Notes under the pieces: generated by a model
The model's database searches: none
Told to the model about the DNA's origin: nothing
What the model saw: the letters and a program-made list of their open reading frames with translations, nothing else
Position numbers and translations under genes: made by a program
NCBI GenBank assembly: GCA_951406725.2
Contig: OX597821.1
Coordinates: 10,850,001-10,914,000 of the forward strand
Origin: Octopus vulgaris
Lineage: Eukaryota
DNA length: 64,000 nucleotides
Direction of reading: 5' to 3'
Shown: piece by piece, positions 29,809-43,574 of the stretch
Position numbering within the stretch: position 1 is the stretch's first letter
Layout: each line of letters opens with the position of its first letter

Positions 29809-31289
29809 CATGATAAAAAAAAAATTGTTTATCGATTTTCTCAGTTCTGCGAAACTCTGAAAATAGTTTTTCATATTATCATAATAAGGAAATGCCATAA
29901 TCTTGAAGTGTTTATGAAATATTTTATAAAATTAAGGAGGACATTCATATTTATCAAAGTTCCGTGTCTGATATTTTGTTTAAATGGTAGCCTTGCAACT
30001 AAGGAGGTTCCGGTTGCCATACCACTGATTAGCACTTTGGGAAAATGTCTTATACGAGTCTGCAGTTGACTGATATAGAATGTGAGGAGAATTTAATCGT
30101 GTGAAATCGCTAGTTTATGCACACAACGTACGGTTTCCGACTGGTTTATCAATGACATTGAATCCATATTGTGAAAAATGCAACAGAGATAAAAAAACAA
30201 ATGTGCACAGTAAATGAAATATGTCTGAGTAGTTCACTTGCTGCAAACCTTGCGCTACAGAATGTTTTATTTTTGTAGACCAGTGTCTCATGAAACGACG
30301 TATGGAAGATAGAAGCCTTCAATAATAATAACTTGCATATACGGCTCTCTGTTTCGCAGTTTAATGTATAAAGCGATTTAAAACTGAGGAATGTTCTGTG
30401 CAAGAGATACTTCAGTAGTGAAGCAGCTGAAAATTTTGTTTTCGTCAAATTATTACTTTAATGTGTTAAGCAGGGAAGACATTTCTTGTTGTAAGCCTAC
30501 TCGGTCAAAGATCGATATGTACCACACAAAGGATATTATAATTAACCTCACCGTTGTAGGTTAAAGCAAAGTTTTTCAAGAAACACTCATATAAACTATG
30601 AATTATTTGGGTCTTTATCAAATATCCACCCAGCCAGAAATGTTTTAAGTGCGTGTGTATCCGTATATGACGCGCATGTTCTATCAACGTTCATGGAGAA
30701 CGGATGGAAAGTGACGTCTGAACTATCCTCCCACACACCCTTTGTCATTCGCATTCTTAAAGAAACAAAAGGAGAGGAAGACAACGAGAAGATGAGGTGA
30801 GAGAGGGGTGATATATTAAGGTAAACCCATTCGAGGCATTTTTCTATTATGGCCGTGGTCCAGTTGTTAAATAGTGAAAGAAAAGTGAGGAAGGGTCTGA
30901 AATTATTGAATAGTCACAGCGCAGACATTATTCATTCGCATTGTGTATTTCAATAACGTCCGTAATTGTTTTTTAGGAAGTAAGAGCATATGTTTGTAAA
31001 GGTTGATCGAAAGCGCACACACGCTAGGAAAAAAAGTCTTCAAGAGAAGGTTAGTAGCATCTCGATAAAAGATTTTATAACTTCTTTGAAAAATATCTTT
31101 TTTTTAAATCACCTGTATTAATTTTTCATAAAGAATTTCTAATACATGTATATACAGGGAGAGAGAGAGGGGGGAGGTCGATGAAGTATTCGGGCCAACG
31201 AATAAACAGGCATCACGTTAACTCATCGTTCGAAGTGCACTATTTTGTTTTCAAGCCAAATTTTTTCCGAAAGCGATAAGAGATCATGA

Positions 31290-32740
31290 AATAATAAATT
31301 CTTTATTGCCTACCGGAGGCCAACACAGAGGGGGGCAATATAAATAAACTGGAGGGTCACATATGTTTATAACATAGAGATAACAATATAATAAAAGTTT
31401 ATGAAATTAAACGATTGAAATATAATACAATTGAACAACACAATGGAGTGGGAGCGGGGGCAGCCTCGACCCCGCAAGCCACGGTTCGCCACTGAAGGCT
31501 TGCCTTACTTCAATGGTTTACATTCAAGTGGGATCACTTATTCTCAGCTCTCGCGCCACATCTTCTTAAAAAAAATCGGAGAGCAAGCGCTCCATATTGC
31601 ATAGTCCCGATGCAGGGCAAGGCACGACAGTTAGGCGGTAGGTGATCATAGATGCGATGAACACATTTGCGACCTCCGCCTTCCCTTTCAGAAATAGCCA
31701 CCGCTCGGACCAGGTCCTAGTTAGGAGTATCACCCTGCTCGCCGCCTAGCTCCAGTTCTTCTCTCTCTGGAGGCCCGGTCCCAATCAGACCACTAGCATT
31801 CTAACTGGTCCCACAGCCCAGCGTCCGATGATACTGTTGGGTGGCGTCGACTTGCTCCTCTAGGTGCCGAGTTGCAAGCCGACTGATTTCTCCCTGTTTT
31901 GCTGCTGCTTCGTAATACTTAATCGCTGCGCCTAGTCTCTGTAGGTGGTCCACCTCGGATATGATGATGGTGATGTCGTCCGCATACGCCGAAACCTATT
32001 TTCCGCAACCGAGATCAGGCGGGGCACCCTTTATCACCTCCTATTTCCGCAAGAAAGGCTCAAGGGCCAACACATACAGAAGTGTGGAGAGAGACACACT
32101 TGACTACCGAGTGCTTAATTGAGAACAGCTTCAAGAACAAACCGTTCACCTGAACAATTAAATTAGACTGAGAAAGCTCGGCCTCAACCCGACTGCCCTC
32201 ACAACAGACACCACATACCGATGTTCAACCCTATCGAAAGCCTTAGTTTGGTCTAAATGGACCAAAGCCCCACCCTTGCCACGAATCCTGATAAACCTCT
32301 CTCAGATATAGCGAAGAAGGTGGAGATTGTCGTTTATGGATCTGCATCGAATGGTACACGTTTGTGCTTCCACAACAATTTCACCCACAACACGCGCCAA
32401 CATTTTTGCTAATACCTTGGCCAAAATCTTCAACTCTGCGTTAAGCAAGTGATAGGCCTAAAATTATCTATAAAGTCCCCCTTGTTTGGGTCCTTTCTAA
32501 GCATTGTCACCACGCCCCGACTCACAGATCTGTAGATAAACCCATTCAGTTGCCAGTTCGTGAAAACACATGCCAGTAGGTGTCCAAACAAGTCTGGCAT
32601 ACTATAACTCGTAGGGAAGACCATCTAGCACCGCGACCTCGCATTGCCGCAGTCCGCAAGAACTTTCTCCGCCTCCGCAGCTGTGATCGGTTTCACAGCA
32701 CTATATCTCCGTCCCGAGAGACGCAGGGAATATTCCATTG
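31290..32740 (-). mobile_element. Tx1/L1-clade LINE RT fragment with internal deletions
   Basis: GVVTMLRKDPNKGDFIDNFRPIT, ILAKVLA, LDQTKAFDRVEH, LALEPFLRK, SAYADDITI; GC-richer than the flanks. Confidence 0.85.
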
Positions 32741-32934
32741 AGAATCAAGGGGAGAAAATAACCATTAAAAATGAACAAATCAAAAATATCTAAAAGATAA
32801 GAACAAATATAAATATCTATATATGTATTATTTAGTTCATCCATGAACTATTGAATGCATAACTATTCTATTCTGATCCTATGCCCCAATTTTCACAACC
32901 TGCAATATATTCACATCCATATATACACTTTTGA

Positions 32935-33305
32935 AATTTTAGGGGAGGGGACCAGCTGATTAGATCGATATCAGTATGCAACTAATACTTAATTTCTCGA
33001 CCGCGAAAGGATGAAAGGCAAAGTCGACCTCGGCAGAATTTGAACACAGAATGTAAAAGCAACCGAAATACCGATTTCTTTACTACCCACAAGGGGCTAA
33101 ACATAGAGAGGACAAACAAGTACAGACAAACGGACTAAATCGAGTATATGGACCCCAGTGCGTAACTGGTACTTATTTAATCGACCCCGAAAGGATGAAA
33201 GGAAAAGTCAACCTCGGCGGAATTTGAACTCAGAACGTAGCGGCAGACGAAATACCGTTAAGTATTTCGCCCGGCGTGCAAACGTTTCTGCCAGCTCGCC
33301 GCCTT
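32935..33305 (-). mobile_element. SINE S2 (tRNA-like head plus Meta-like domain), internally duplicated form
   Basis: ggcggcgagctggcagaaacg head; gactttNcctttcatcctttcg domain present twice. Confidence 0.85.
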
Positions 33306-33793
33306 TACATCCGCATATATTACCTCATTTTTACATCTCTTTGCCGCCCCTCCCCAACTCTGATGATAGCGTACTCATTCAGCAAATTGAATCCTTATAC
33401 AATATGAAGATCTACATGCTTGCCCATTCTACAAATATTTCTAAACGACTCTGTAAGTTTATGTTTAACTAAAATAAATATTCGTTTCTACTGATGCCAA
33501 AAGTTTTTTTTCCCCCTTTTTACTACTTTAATCTCTCTTGTTCTCTCTTTGTCAATCGCTCTCTCACCCTCTCTTTCTGTCCAGGTATAAATGTGTCTAC
33601 TTAAGTTCATTCTGCAACCATTTAGTTTATACGTCACACTCTCACATTTTGAGCTACTTTCTTCTATTTCAGCTCCATCAATATAAGAGTTTTTTTCCCT
33701 TCATTATTTTCTACTCTAAGCACAAGGCGTGAGATTGTCGGGGAGAGGGTCAGTCGATTAGATCGGCCCTCTCCAGTACGCAACTGCCCTAAC

Positions 33794-33863
<70 letters not shown>

Positions 33864-34399
33864 TGAGGTTGGCAAGATACAGTATCCGAGCGGATATTGT
33901 GGTAGCTCTCAGTTATGTTCCAGGTTACGGCTAAATGGAAAAGTTAGTATTTTACACCAATAACCACTTCGAGTTGTCACTCATTCTCTCACGTCCAGCA
34001 ATGGGTAATTCCCTGTTTGCTTCTGTGAGTTGCAATGTTATCTGCTGTATATATTAGCCGTAATATATTTTACAATTTCACACACCATATTTTTATGTTT
34101 ATTACGATCCACAGGCGTTTTCCAGCACAGAATACGGGCAGTTGCACATGCAACCGAGCATAATTTTCTGAACAGGTTCGTTCATTAGCTCGTTTCGAAG
34201 CGAAGGGGGGTTGCTTTTAATTTTGTAATCTGATCTGTTTCTAAGCTTGTTTGGTCGACCTGGGTTTCAAACCATTTGCTGTCCGAATCCAGAGTTCTAT
34301 CTAATTAAGAAGAGGTTGATGTTACTGTCTTGACATTGTGTATTGTAGTCCCCGGCTACTTAATAACCTTATTTACAAATGTAGTCATGTTTTTAGTTG

Positions 34400-34452
<53 letters not shown>

Positions 34453-34457
<5 letters not shown>

Positions 34458-34820
34458 AATTAGTAAATAAATGGCACAACTAAGTACCGATATTTACTGG
34501 AAATAGCGAACGTAAAAATATGGGTGAGAGACATATCTTGCAAAACCTGAAACCTGCAGGTACCACATTATCCATTTTCCGGGTGTTTCATCTTTCAGAT
34601 GTTCTCCCTGGAGGTAAGACGGTTTTTTTCTCTATTTTGTTGCACACACGCATTTTTACTAATACATACGCGGTGAAGCTACACTTTAGCGTCGTATTTT
34701 TACGTTGCTATTTCCAGTAAATATCGGTACTTATGCCATTTATTTACTAATTTGTGTATTTTTCCCTCACGGGCTACTTTTTACTGGAAGGCGATACTTT
34801 GTATTGCATTACTGATATTT
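34453..34820. mobile_element. Fold-back element between (TA)n tracts, probably Penelope-like
   Basis: Inverted arms 34453-34520 / 34695-34757 with few differences. Confidence 0.65.
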
Positions 34821-34908
34821 TATATATATATATATGTTTCTGGCAATGCTGTTTATGTTGCGTAGTAGAGCTTGGATAGAATATGTACTAGTTTGCTAGG
34901 AAAAGGCT

Positions 34909-35158
34909 TTAGAATATTTTCAGTTCTGGGTGGTATATTGCGTTAACTAAAACATCCCTTAAATTTCTTAAATGTTTTGGTATGTTTATGCAATCATCTT
35001 CCGGCCTGTTCAAGCCTACCATCAAGTAACTCGCGTCTCTATTTCCTGCTACTCGATATCGTTTAGCAGTACTGATTATCTCCCTCTCCATTGTATATCT
35101 ATGATTCGTATCTTTAGATCTTCTATTGAAATTTAGCGATCTGGTACCTACAGCAATC
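34909..35158 (-). CDS. Putative terminal coding exon of an unidentified protein
   Basis: tttttcag acceptor at 35159-35160, then G plus 82 open codons IAVGTRSLNFNRRSK...VNAIYHPELKIF and TAA; non-repetitive. Confidence 0.6.
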
Positions 35159-35867
35159 CTGAAAAACTGTCAAAAGAAGCAACTAAGCAAATGAATATTT
35201 ACAGAAAAAAGTGAACGTTAGTTTGCCCTTTCCTGAAACACGAAATATTAATGCTGACATGTTTCACCCCCATTTCTATTACACGTCTCCATGTTCACTC
35301 GATAAGTAAACATTATTTTGAATACACCGTGTGGTGTTCCGAATTTTTCTGTCTCTGCAAATCTAGATGTGATTACATATATAAAATGATTCTCAGTGTA
35401 AAAAATAAAAATAATAATGTTAAACTTACTCCTTGAAAAAACTCATTAACGTTCTGTGCAGTCATAGTTTTTGCATTGAATCCAATTATTTTCACAAGTT
35501 GTTGAATCTAAAATTGAAGTGGTAAAAAAATGCTTTAAATAGATATTTCGATTAACAGCATAATTGGAAGTTTATCTATTAATGACTACCATGCATGCAT
35601 ATCTGTATAGAAATGAAGACAGTTAGATAAGTTGACATAGCATTTCTTATTTCTTATTTTATTTTTTACATTTCTAATTTTTTCTACGTTTCTAAATTCG
35701 GGAAAATGTAATGTTAAAGTAAATAAAAGATACATTTATAGAACTACACGAACAAGTTTTGTTTCATATAAACACTTACGTTACACTAATGAAGGCTCCC
35801 ATAGAAAAATGTTACCAGAAACTAATTCAAAATCACTGTTTCCATACTGTATATTTTGAGTAAGATG

Positions 35868-36190
35868 AAGGCGGCGAGCTGGCAGAATCGTTAGCACGCC
35901 GGGCGAAATGCGTAGCTGTATTTCTTCTGCTGTCACGTTCAGAGTTCAAGTTCCGCTGAAGTAGACTTTGCCTTTCATCCTTTCGGGGTCGATTAAATAA
36001 GTACCAGTAACGCACTAGGGTTGATATAATCGACTTAATCCGTTTGTCTGTCCTTTCTGTGTTTAGCCCCTTGTGGGTAGTAAAGAAATAGAGAAATAGG
36101 TATTTCGTCAGTCATTATGATCTGAGTTTAATTTTCGCCGAGGTTGATTTTGCTTTTCATCTTTTCGGGGTCGATTAAATAAGCGCCATT
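35868..36190 (+). mobile_element. SINE S2, internally duplicated form
   Basis: Same head and domain as 32935-33305 and 57676-57980. Confidence 0.85.
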
Positions 36191-36203
36191 TACGCAATGT
36201 ATG

Positions 36204-36262
<59 letters not shown>

Positions 36263-36264
<2 letters not shown>

Positions 36265-36482
36265 GATTAAATATGTGACCGCGTGTGTATTATTGGCGAT
36301 TTTTCCCCTGTCTTCCCTTCCTTGGATATTTCCTTTTTCTATGTTTCCGACGAAGAGCTCCGCTCCGAAACGTTCAATTCTCCTTCTTTCTTTCCTTTCC
36401 TGAGCGTCCAATAACACTATACTTCTTCCACGTCCTCGCGTTGTTGTGTTTTCTCTTTGTGTTTTCATGTTTGGATTAACTT
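36263..36482 (+). mobile_element. Penelope-like pLTR (family B) with a hammerhead motif at 36344-36377, between (TA)n tracts
   Basis: ttt CCGACGA a gagc tcc gctc c GAAAC GTT; the rest is homologous to 7700-7866 and 51750-51930. Confidence 0.65.
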
Positions 36483-37215
36483 CATATATATATATATATA
36501 TGATAAATAGATAGATATATAAGCGAATGCATATATATGAGTCTATATGAAAGCGTATGTGTGTGTATGTGTGCGCCGCTGTGATTGCGTGTGTCACGAA
36601 GTGGTCAAACTTCACTGATGAAATTGTTGTCGCTAATCTATAACCATACATCGGTCTTGCTCTAGCAAGTGTAAGGTCTAAATGCTTCACGCCTGTATGA
36701 TATCAAGATTCATTTATGTATCTTTACTTTTCTAAAGCATTGAAGTGTGATTTGATGTAAACCAAAGTCCTTCGTAATACGTGATAATATAGCTGTTCCC
36801 TTATTAGCTTAGTCCTACATTTATACATACGGGTATATATTTTTCTAATTAATAATCAGGACAAAATATTTTGTAAATTGTTCTAGTGCAGATTTGAACC
36901 GAATATTTTCATTTTCATTCAAAAAGTAGTAAAGCTTAGTGTTCACACGATCACCGACACGGTGATATAAAAAATATTATCGCTAAAAATAAAGTCAGTC
37001 ATTTGTAAGAGTACGATCGCCAATAGTAGCTGCCGAAATAGTATTCCCCTACAGTTTCTCTCAAATATTGTTACTCGACAGGCTAGTTCGCATCGAGATG
37101 ACGCGGCTACGGCAGTGTAGGCATGAAATTTATAACGACACTGGAAAGAAACCCAAGGTGGCTTCAAGTCGAGCCAACCGGCAGGAGACCTAGAGGTAAA
37201 CCAAGAGGGGGATGA

Positions 37216-37445
37216 AGGCGGCGAGCAGGCAAAAACATTAGCACACCGGGCGAAATGCGTAGCTGTATTTCGTCTGACGTTACGTTCTGAGTTCAAATTC
37301 CACCGAGGTCGACTTTGTGTTTCATCCTTTCGGGGTCGAGGAAATAAGTACCGGTTACGCATTAGGGTTGATGTAATCGACTTCATCCGTTTCTCCTTCC
37401 TTGTTTGTCCCCTCTGTGTGTAGCCCATTGTAGGCATGAAATTAA
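37216..37445 (+). mobile_element. SINE S2
   Basis: aaggcggcgagcaggc..ttctgagttcaaattccaccgaggtcgactttg.. Confidence 0.85.
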
Positions 37446-37544
37446 TAAGAGAGGGATGCGTGAATTATATCCACAGTTTGGCATAATGACGATCACTTCT
37501 GATTGGAACGTATGGAGGAGGTGCATGAGGACTTTAACTCTTAC

Positions 37545-37601
37545 CTGACTCTTCCAAGAAATGTGGGTGGCAGAGATAGATGGATGCATGGATGGATATT
37601 T
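37545..37601 (-). CDS. Putative 57-bp internal exon upstream of the 34909-35158 exon
   Basis: tttaacag acceptor, cag|gtaaga donor; frame NIHPCIHLSLPPTFLGRV ends in AG, which joins the G of the next exon (Arg) in phase. Confidence 0.55.
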
Positions 37602-38859
37602 CTGTTAAAGATGATACTGCTTATCACTTCTGCTTTAGATAAGAACTTTCTTAGATTTCAGAATTTCGGGAAAAGATACAACATCCCACTACTTGCAAAT
37701 ACTTCAGAATTACCAAACTTTCAAATTCCTGGCGCTGCAAATTGTGATGTAACATTCCTGCTGTTTCTGATATTTTCTAGTACTATGAGTTTGAATAAGA
37801 TTCGAAACTCAATCGCAAGATTCAACTCTCTGCGAGAATATAAAAATGCTACTTTTGTTGCACAATTAATGAATTATCATAAGATGAAATATATAATTAA
37901 AAAGGATCATGCTACGTTTTATTGATTTCCATTAAGACATTAAGGTGAAGACTAAAATATCTTTCATATATTTCTTTTTAAATATACTCAAAATATTTTG
38001 ATGACATGTAACCCTAAATACAACGGTAATGATGTCGATTTCTCTAAAAAATAATTAAATTTATACGGCCCTCTAAAGAATTTATTGTTGGTGCAAATGA
38101 GTATCACAAAAGCAGAGTTCCTTTAAGTTGTGAAAAAAACTAGATTATCTTCCAAATGTTGGTCTGAAGGAAACAAAATAATCTGCTTAAGAGAATCTTG
38201 CTTCCCTTTCAGCTGCATCAACAGATATTAACGCTCAAAAATACTAAAACAAGCAAGATTACATCAATTATTGAACACACTTAAAACTATATAATGTTTA
38301 CATGTAATTATTTGAAACCACTTCCATTTATTTTTTTCTCAGAAAATCGATACAAAATTAATAATCTAACGAGAATCATTTGCAACATACTTTATCTTTC
38401 GTGAATGAATGCTTGTTATCACATGTATTATGCGGGCAACATATAGCTTCAAAAGATGAACATTTCTAAGTGACAAATTATGAATGTTTTCAAGAAAGAA
38501 CATCCGTAAAAGAAAATGAAGAAAATAACAGGTTTCCAAAAATAATGATCTTAAAAATGTTGGTGGGATTGAGTTTCTTAGGTGATAATTAGGCGGGCTA
38601 ATTTCCAACTGTTACAAAACGGCAAATTTATGAAAGAGAGTTCTGTTTATATGAGGTTCTTATGACAGTTATTTTCTAAGATTGGTCAAAAATTAAAAAA
38701 TTAACCAGGAGGTAGTTGAACATAAAGATTAAAATGCATCCTGTCTTAAATACATGGTAAAATAGCAGATTAGAAAACAATATTTTTAAAGGTGACATGG
38801 AATAATTACAATAGAATTAATAACGGGTACGACATAAATTTTACAGGATATATATATGC

Positions 38860-40930
38860 ACACTGTCGCTCAAGGTGTGGTTGTAAGCTACTCTGAGAAC
38901 AGTAGAAGTTTTGATACTACGAGGTTTTCGCCCGAGTAAAGAGTGATGGTAGCTCATATGCATCCTTTTTACCGAAGTAGACTAATTCAAATTTGTATTC
39001 GTTCTGCTGCATAGTCTGTTTTTCCACCCACTGGTTATCAGAGAGCAGGTTCGATTTGAGATTTTTCCTGTCTGCTGCCCTGTGGACAAGTTTTAGAAGA
39101 TTACAGTCATCCGCGCAGATTTTAATGATGCTGTGTTGGATGACTTCAATTATGTTATCGATGTAAATAATGAAAAGGAGTAGACCCAATACAGTGTCTT
39201 GTCGTATTCCACTGATGATACTTGCCTAATCTTTATCCAACACCATATATCACTCCCTCATTGGTTCTGTTGACTGCAAATTGTTCAATTCACTTTAATA
39301 TTTCCCCGGACTCAAACGTTCTATAACATCTTTGATAAAATGGTTTGGTCAACACTGTCGAACAAACTATTTGAAGTCAAGATAGATGACATCTGTATTG
39401 GAGTACAGCTCCAGAGCCTTTGTCCTCAAGTGATTCAGGAACTGTACTGGGCAATCCCTGTCATTTCAGGAGCCATACTGTTTTGGAATGTGTGATGTTA
39501 CTTTCTAGGACGTGAGTAATTCTCAAATAATTTAACGATATGAGAGCTATGTGAAACCGGTCGGTAATTCACTGCCACCGATTTGTTACCCTTCTTGAAA
39601 ACTTGGACAATCGATTGGAATAGGTAACGTTCGAGAAAAATGTGAGTACCCAGTGATTTTCTCCAGAGAATAGTTAAAGCGAATACTTTGTTGACAATTC
39701 TTTAACGAGTAGTTTCTGGGGATCTGCAACAGAGATTTTGTAAAATTACTTCACAGCTATTATGAAACTCAAGAAACCAAATGATATATCATAGCTAGGG
39801 TTTGTTTCACAAATACTGTTAGGATTATTCATATTGGCATTGCTGAATTACAACGATGTCTTCTGCATCACTATGCAGAGTGTCATATTCGTCTACCTGA
39901 GGTCTAATAAACGTGACAGCGACCTTATGCTGTTTTGGTGAAATGTAAACATTTTTGGATTCACTTTTTTTCTCAATAACCCTCTTTTCTACTGGTGTTC
40001 TTTGATTATTGATGGTAGTCTACATACAGTTTTGATGACAATGTTTATTTGATTCCAATAAAGCAACGCTTATCAATTGCGGGCTTTGTAACTGGTAGTA
40101 TTCTTGCTGAACGATTTTTCGATTAAACATTTTAAATTTTCTTGTAAATGCATTTTTGTTACGTCGGAGCCTGTGTCTAGCTTTACTCATGGGCCACCAG
40201 GTTGTGTGGTGTGAACATATATTTGTGACAATGTGCACAAATATTTGTCAAGATGTATTGGTTCTGCTTGGCTAAGAGAGTGAAAGAAGGGTCAGTCAGC
40301 TAGTGAAATATCGTGGCTAATTGCCTCCCAGTGAATATTGTGTAGTTCCATAAGGTCAAAAACGTGTACTGAGCGAGATTCTACTTTTGGTTGCCGGAAT
40401 CTCAAACTATGAAGAAATATATTGTGGTTGGAAAAGAGAATTCTTTTCTACTGTAATAATATAGATAGTGTTAGTGTATTTACTAATGATTAAATCCATT
40501 GTCTTTTTGTTGAATCCCGTTGGTGCGATCTCTAGTACAGGAAGAATTCGTTCATTGATTAGAAAACTGATTACAGTGCTACTTCTCTGGGGTTGAATTG
40601 CATACACTTGCCAAGGTACAAGTAGACCATTCAACACAGGAGAAAATTAAAGTCACCCATTATGAAAACGTTATCAGAAAGATACTGTTGGACGAAAGTT
40701 TTAATATTCATGTGGTATTATTTGAAACACATAAGGGGCGATAGATTGTGGCCTCTTGATCCCAGTTATTGCAAATTCATTAGTTTTGTTGCACACAGAG
40801 AGTAATTCATTGTGAATATGATCTCTTAGTGATAATCTTCTCACAGAGCTTTCTATAGCACTTCGCATTTTCGCCAATTGATGGTCTTTCCACAGCGCAG
40901 GTAGCATGGTACTATAAAAGAATCTGCCAA
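38860..40930 (-). mobile_element. CR1/L2-group LINE ORF2 (APE plus RT), decayed
   Basis: FIMGDFNF (APE), NYRPVS, DVIYLDF, GIRQDTVLGLLLFIIYID, ICADDCNL. Confidence 0.8.
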
Positions 40931-41059
40931 ATTCACAATGTCGCCTAAGTTAACGTTCTCATTTACCTTCTTGGTTTAATCGATTCCTACTTAATTCGAC
41001 CATATGCTAAAACTTCCTACTGAATATATTTCGTTTTGATGGGGTTCATCTAAAACCTA

Positions 41060-41940
41060 CTGCTAAGCTCAGAGTGTGCTGCCACGTCAATATGGTCTGC
41101 AGCTGCTGTGTGGTTCAGTAATGGGTACAATGTCATCGGCGAATCGCCAAGTTGTTAGTTGCTCGCCACTGAAGTTAATACCAACTATCAAGTTGATATC
41201 CTTGATGAAAATTTCTAGACATCCGGTAAAAAGATTTGGAATGATTGTGTTACCTCCCTTGTTACCTTTCATTGTTATGACACATATCTCTCGTGCATTC
41301 ATAGTTCGCATCACTGAACAGTTTGATGTATTGCCCCTCGTCAAGTTGCAGCTCCACTGACTTTCACACAGAATTCATCTCAACGCTGTGAAAGTAATCA
41401 TCGAATGTGATACACAGAGGGAGCTGTTTTCGTTCTTTAGTTCTATCAGCTTAAGGAAGGAAGCACTCCATCGGTTACGACGACGAGGGTTCCGGTTGAT
41501 CCGAATCAACGGAACAGCCTGCTCGTGAAATTAGCGTGTAAGTGGCTGAGCACTCCACAGACACGTGTACCATTAACGTAGTTCTCGGGGATATTCAGCG
41601 TGACACAGAGAGTGACAAGGCCGGCCCTTTGAAATACAGGTACAACAGAAACAGGAAGTAAGAGTGAGAAAAAATTGTGGTGAAAGAGTACAGCAGGGAT
41701 CACCACCATCCCCTGCCGGAGCCTCGTGGAGCTTTAGGTGTTTTCGCTCAATAAACACTCACAACGCCCGGTCTGGGAATCGAAACCGCGATCCTATGAC
41801 CGCGAGTCCGCTGCCCTAACCACTGGGCCATTGCGCCTCCACATAGTTCTATCGGCTATGTTAGGATGAATATCTGATCGATCGTACAACAGTTCTTAAG
41901 GAAACTTGGTTGCTCTCTCGGCTGTTCGCGTGTTTTGATA
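41060..41940 (-). mobile_element. RTE-like LINE RT fragment, split by a SINE
   Basis: DQIFIL, KGNKGGNTIIPNLFTGCLEIF, GINFSGEQLTTWRFADDIV. Confidence 0.75.
41452..41843 (-). mobile_element. Full-length tRNA(Arg)-like SINE S3 (OK-SINE-like) with a 14-bp TSD
   Basis: A/B-box head tggcccagtggttagg..ggactcgc..ggtttcgattccc; TSD tagttctatc(a/g)gct at 41438-41451 and 41844-41857. Confidence 0.9.
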
Positions 41941-41989
41941 GTCTAGTCTCACATCTATATGCTGTTAACAGCGTATTGAGCATATAAAC

Positions 41990-42580
41990 GGGAGTTGAAA
42001 CAGCTTAGGAATCGCTCTAATGTGCATTTGATATATCCCAATTTTGCAAAGTCCTTCGATTAGGTTCATAACGGGATGTTATGTTCCAACTTTCGTAGGC
42101 CTTGAATAGTTAGCAAACAGAGTGTTTCCTAATACAGAACTTTTTTTAAATGACAGAAGCCAGGCTGTAGCAGCCAATCTCGCAGTCTCGTTAATGACAT
42201 CAATAATACGTAGAGTGCACCCGATCCTGGGAAACGTGTATATGTTCACCATTGTTTATAGCTGCTCAGACATGCAACCAATTATACAGCAGCGACTCTT
42301 ACTAGGTAATATCCTAGAGAAAGACCGCAAAGACTTATATGAATGGGTTGATGAAAACAACAATTTAAATTTAAGAGCAATTGAGCCATTCGCGTTCAGT
42401 CAGCTCGTGCCATCTCATCGTAACAAGAGAAGGAATAGCAATCTCAGAGTGAAATTTAGTACATGATCTAGAAAATAAAATGTGCGACGATGCTTCGAGT
42501 AATGTACATATTAGAACTGTGGTGGCAATGTGGAGGCAAATGGCTTGTTGGATTTCAATAGCTTACTGAAGAAGTGTCCA
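41990..42580 (+). mobile_element. CR1/L2-group RT fragment, very decayed
   Basis: IYPNFAKSFD*VHNGML, FLNDRSQAV, DLYEWVDENN. Confidence 0.6.
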
Positions 42581-42830
42581 GGAATTCTTGCAACACCTAT
42601 GTACGATTCTGTACACACAATCATACACATACCTACGTGTACGCACACATTAAAACACGTACATGCATGTATACTTACAGATATATCTCGTTGAATCTAT
42701 CAATATATAATGATAGATTCGTTCTTATGTTGGAGTTTATTTCTTTCACTATTGGTGACAGATTCGAAAAATTAAAGATGGAAAGCACACACAGACACAA
42801 ACACACACACAGACACAAACACACACATTT

Positions 42831-42879
<49 letters not shown>

Positions 42880-43149
42880 CATATATATAGTTGCATACAT
42901 GTATAGTTATGTGTCTCTCAGTGGATGTGTACATGTGGGAGTGTGTCATTCGTTTTTTGAAAGCAGTCGATGGGATTTGAAATTCCATTGTCCATTCGCA
43001 TCTTCAGCAAAGGAATAATGCATACATAAATAGATGTTTGTGTGTGCATACACGCACACCCTCACATATGCATGTATACATATACATATATATATATATT
43101 ATTTATTTATTTATGTTTGTTTGTGTGCGTGTGAGTGTATATGTATATG

Positions 43150-43208
<59 letters not shown>

Positions 43209-43488
43209 GAACATACTTATTTATCAGTATTGCTGCTTCTTCATTATGGTAATATAATTGTTAGGGGAATTTTATCTCTCGAGTTTTTTTCCGACTAAAT
43301 ACATTAATGATCTGTTGTGACAAATGAGAAATTTTTTAAAACAGTCCTCTTTTTTTTATTTGCTTAGTTCACCAAGATGTCTTTGCTTAATCATAGTCTC
43401 TAGTGGAATTTAAAAGTTTGATTCCAAGAATGATATAAAAAAAAACATTCTAAACCAGTTTAACACCAAAACAAAAGTCATGTAGTTA

Positions 43489-43571
<83 letters not shown>

Positions 43572-43574
<3 letters not shown>

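Noticed and set aside
41770-41843. tRNA-Arg-like sequence
   Set aside because: It is a SINE head, not a complete cloverleaf tRNA gene
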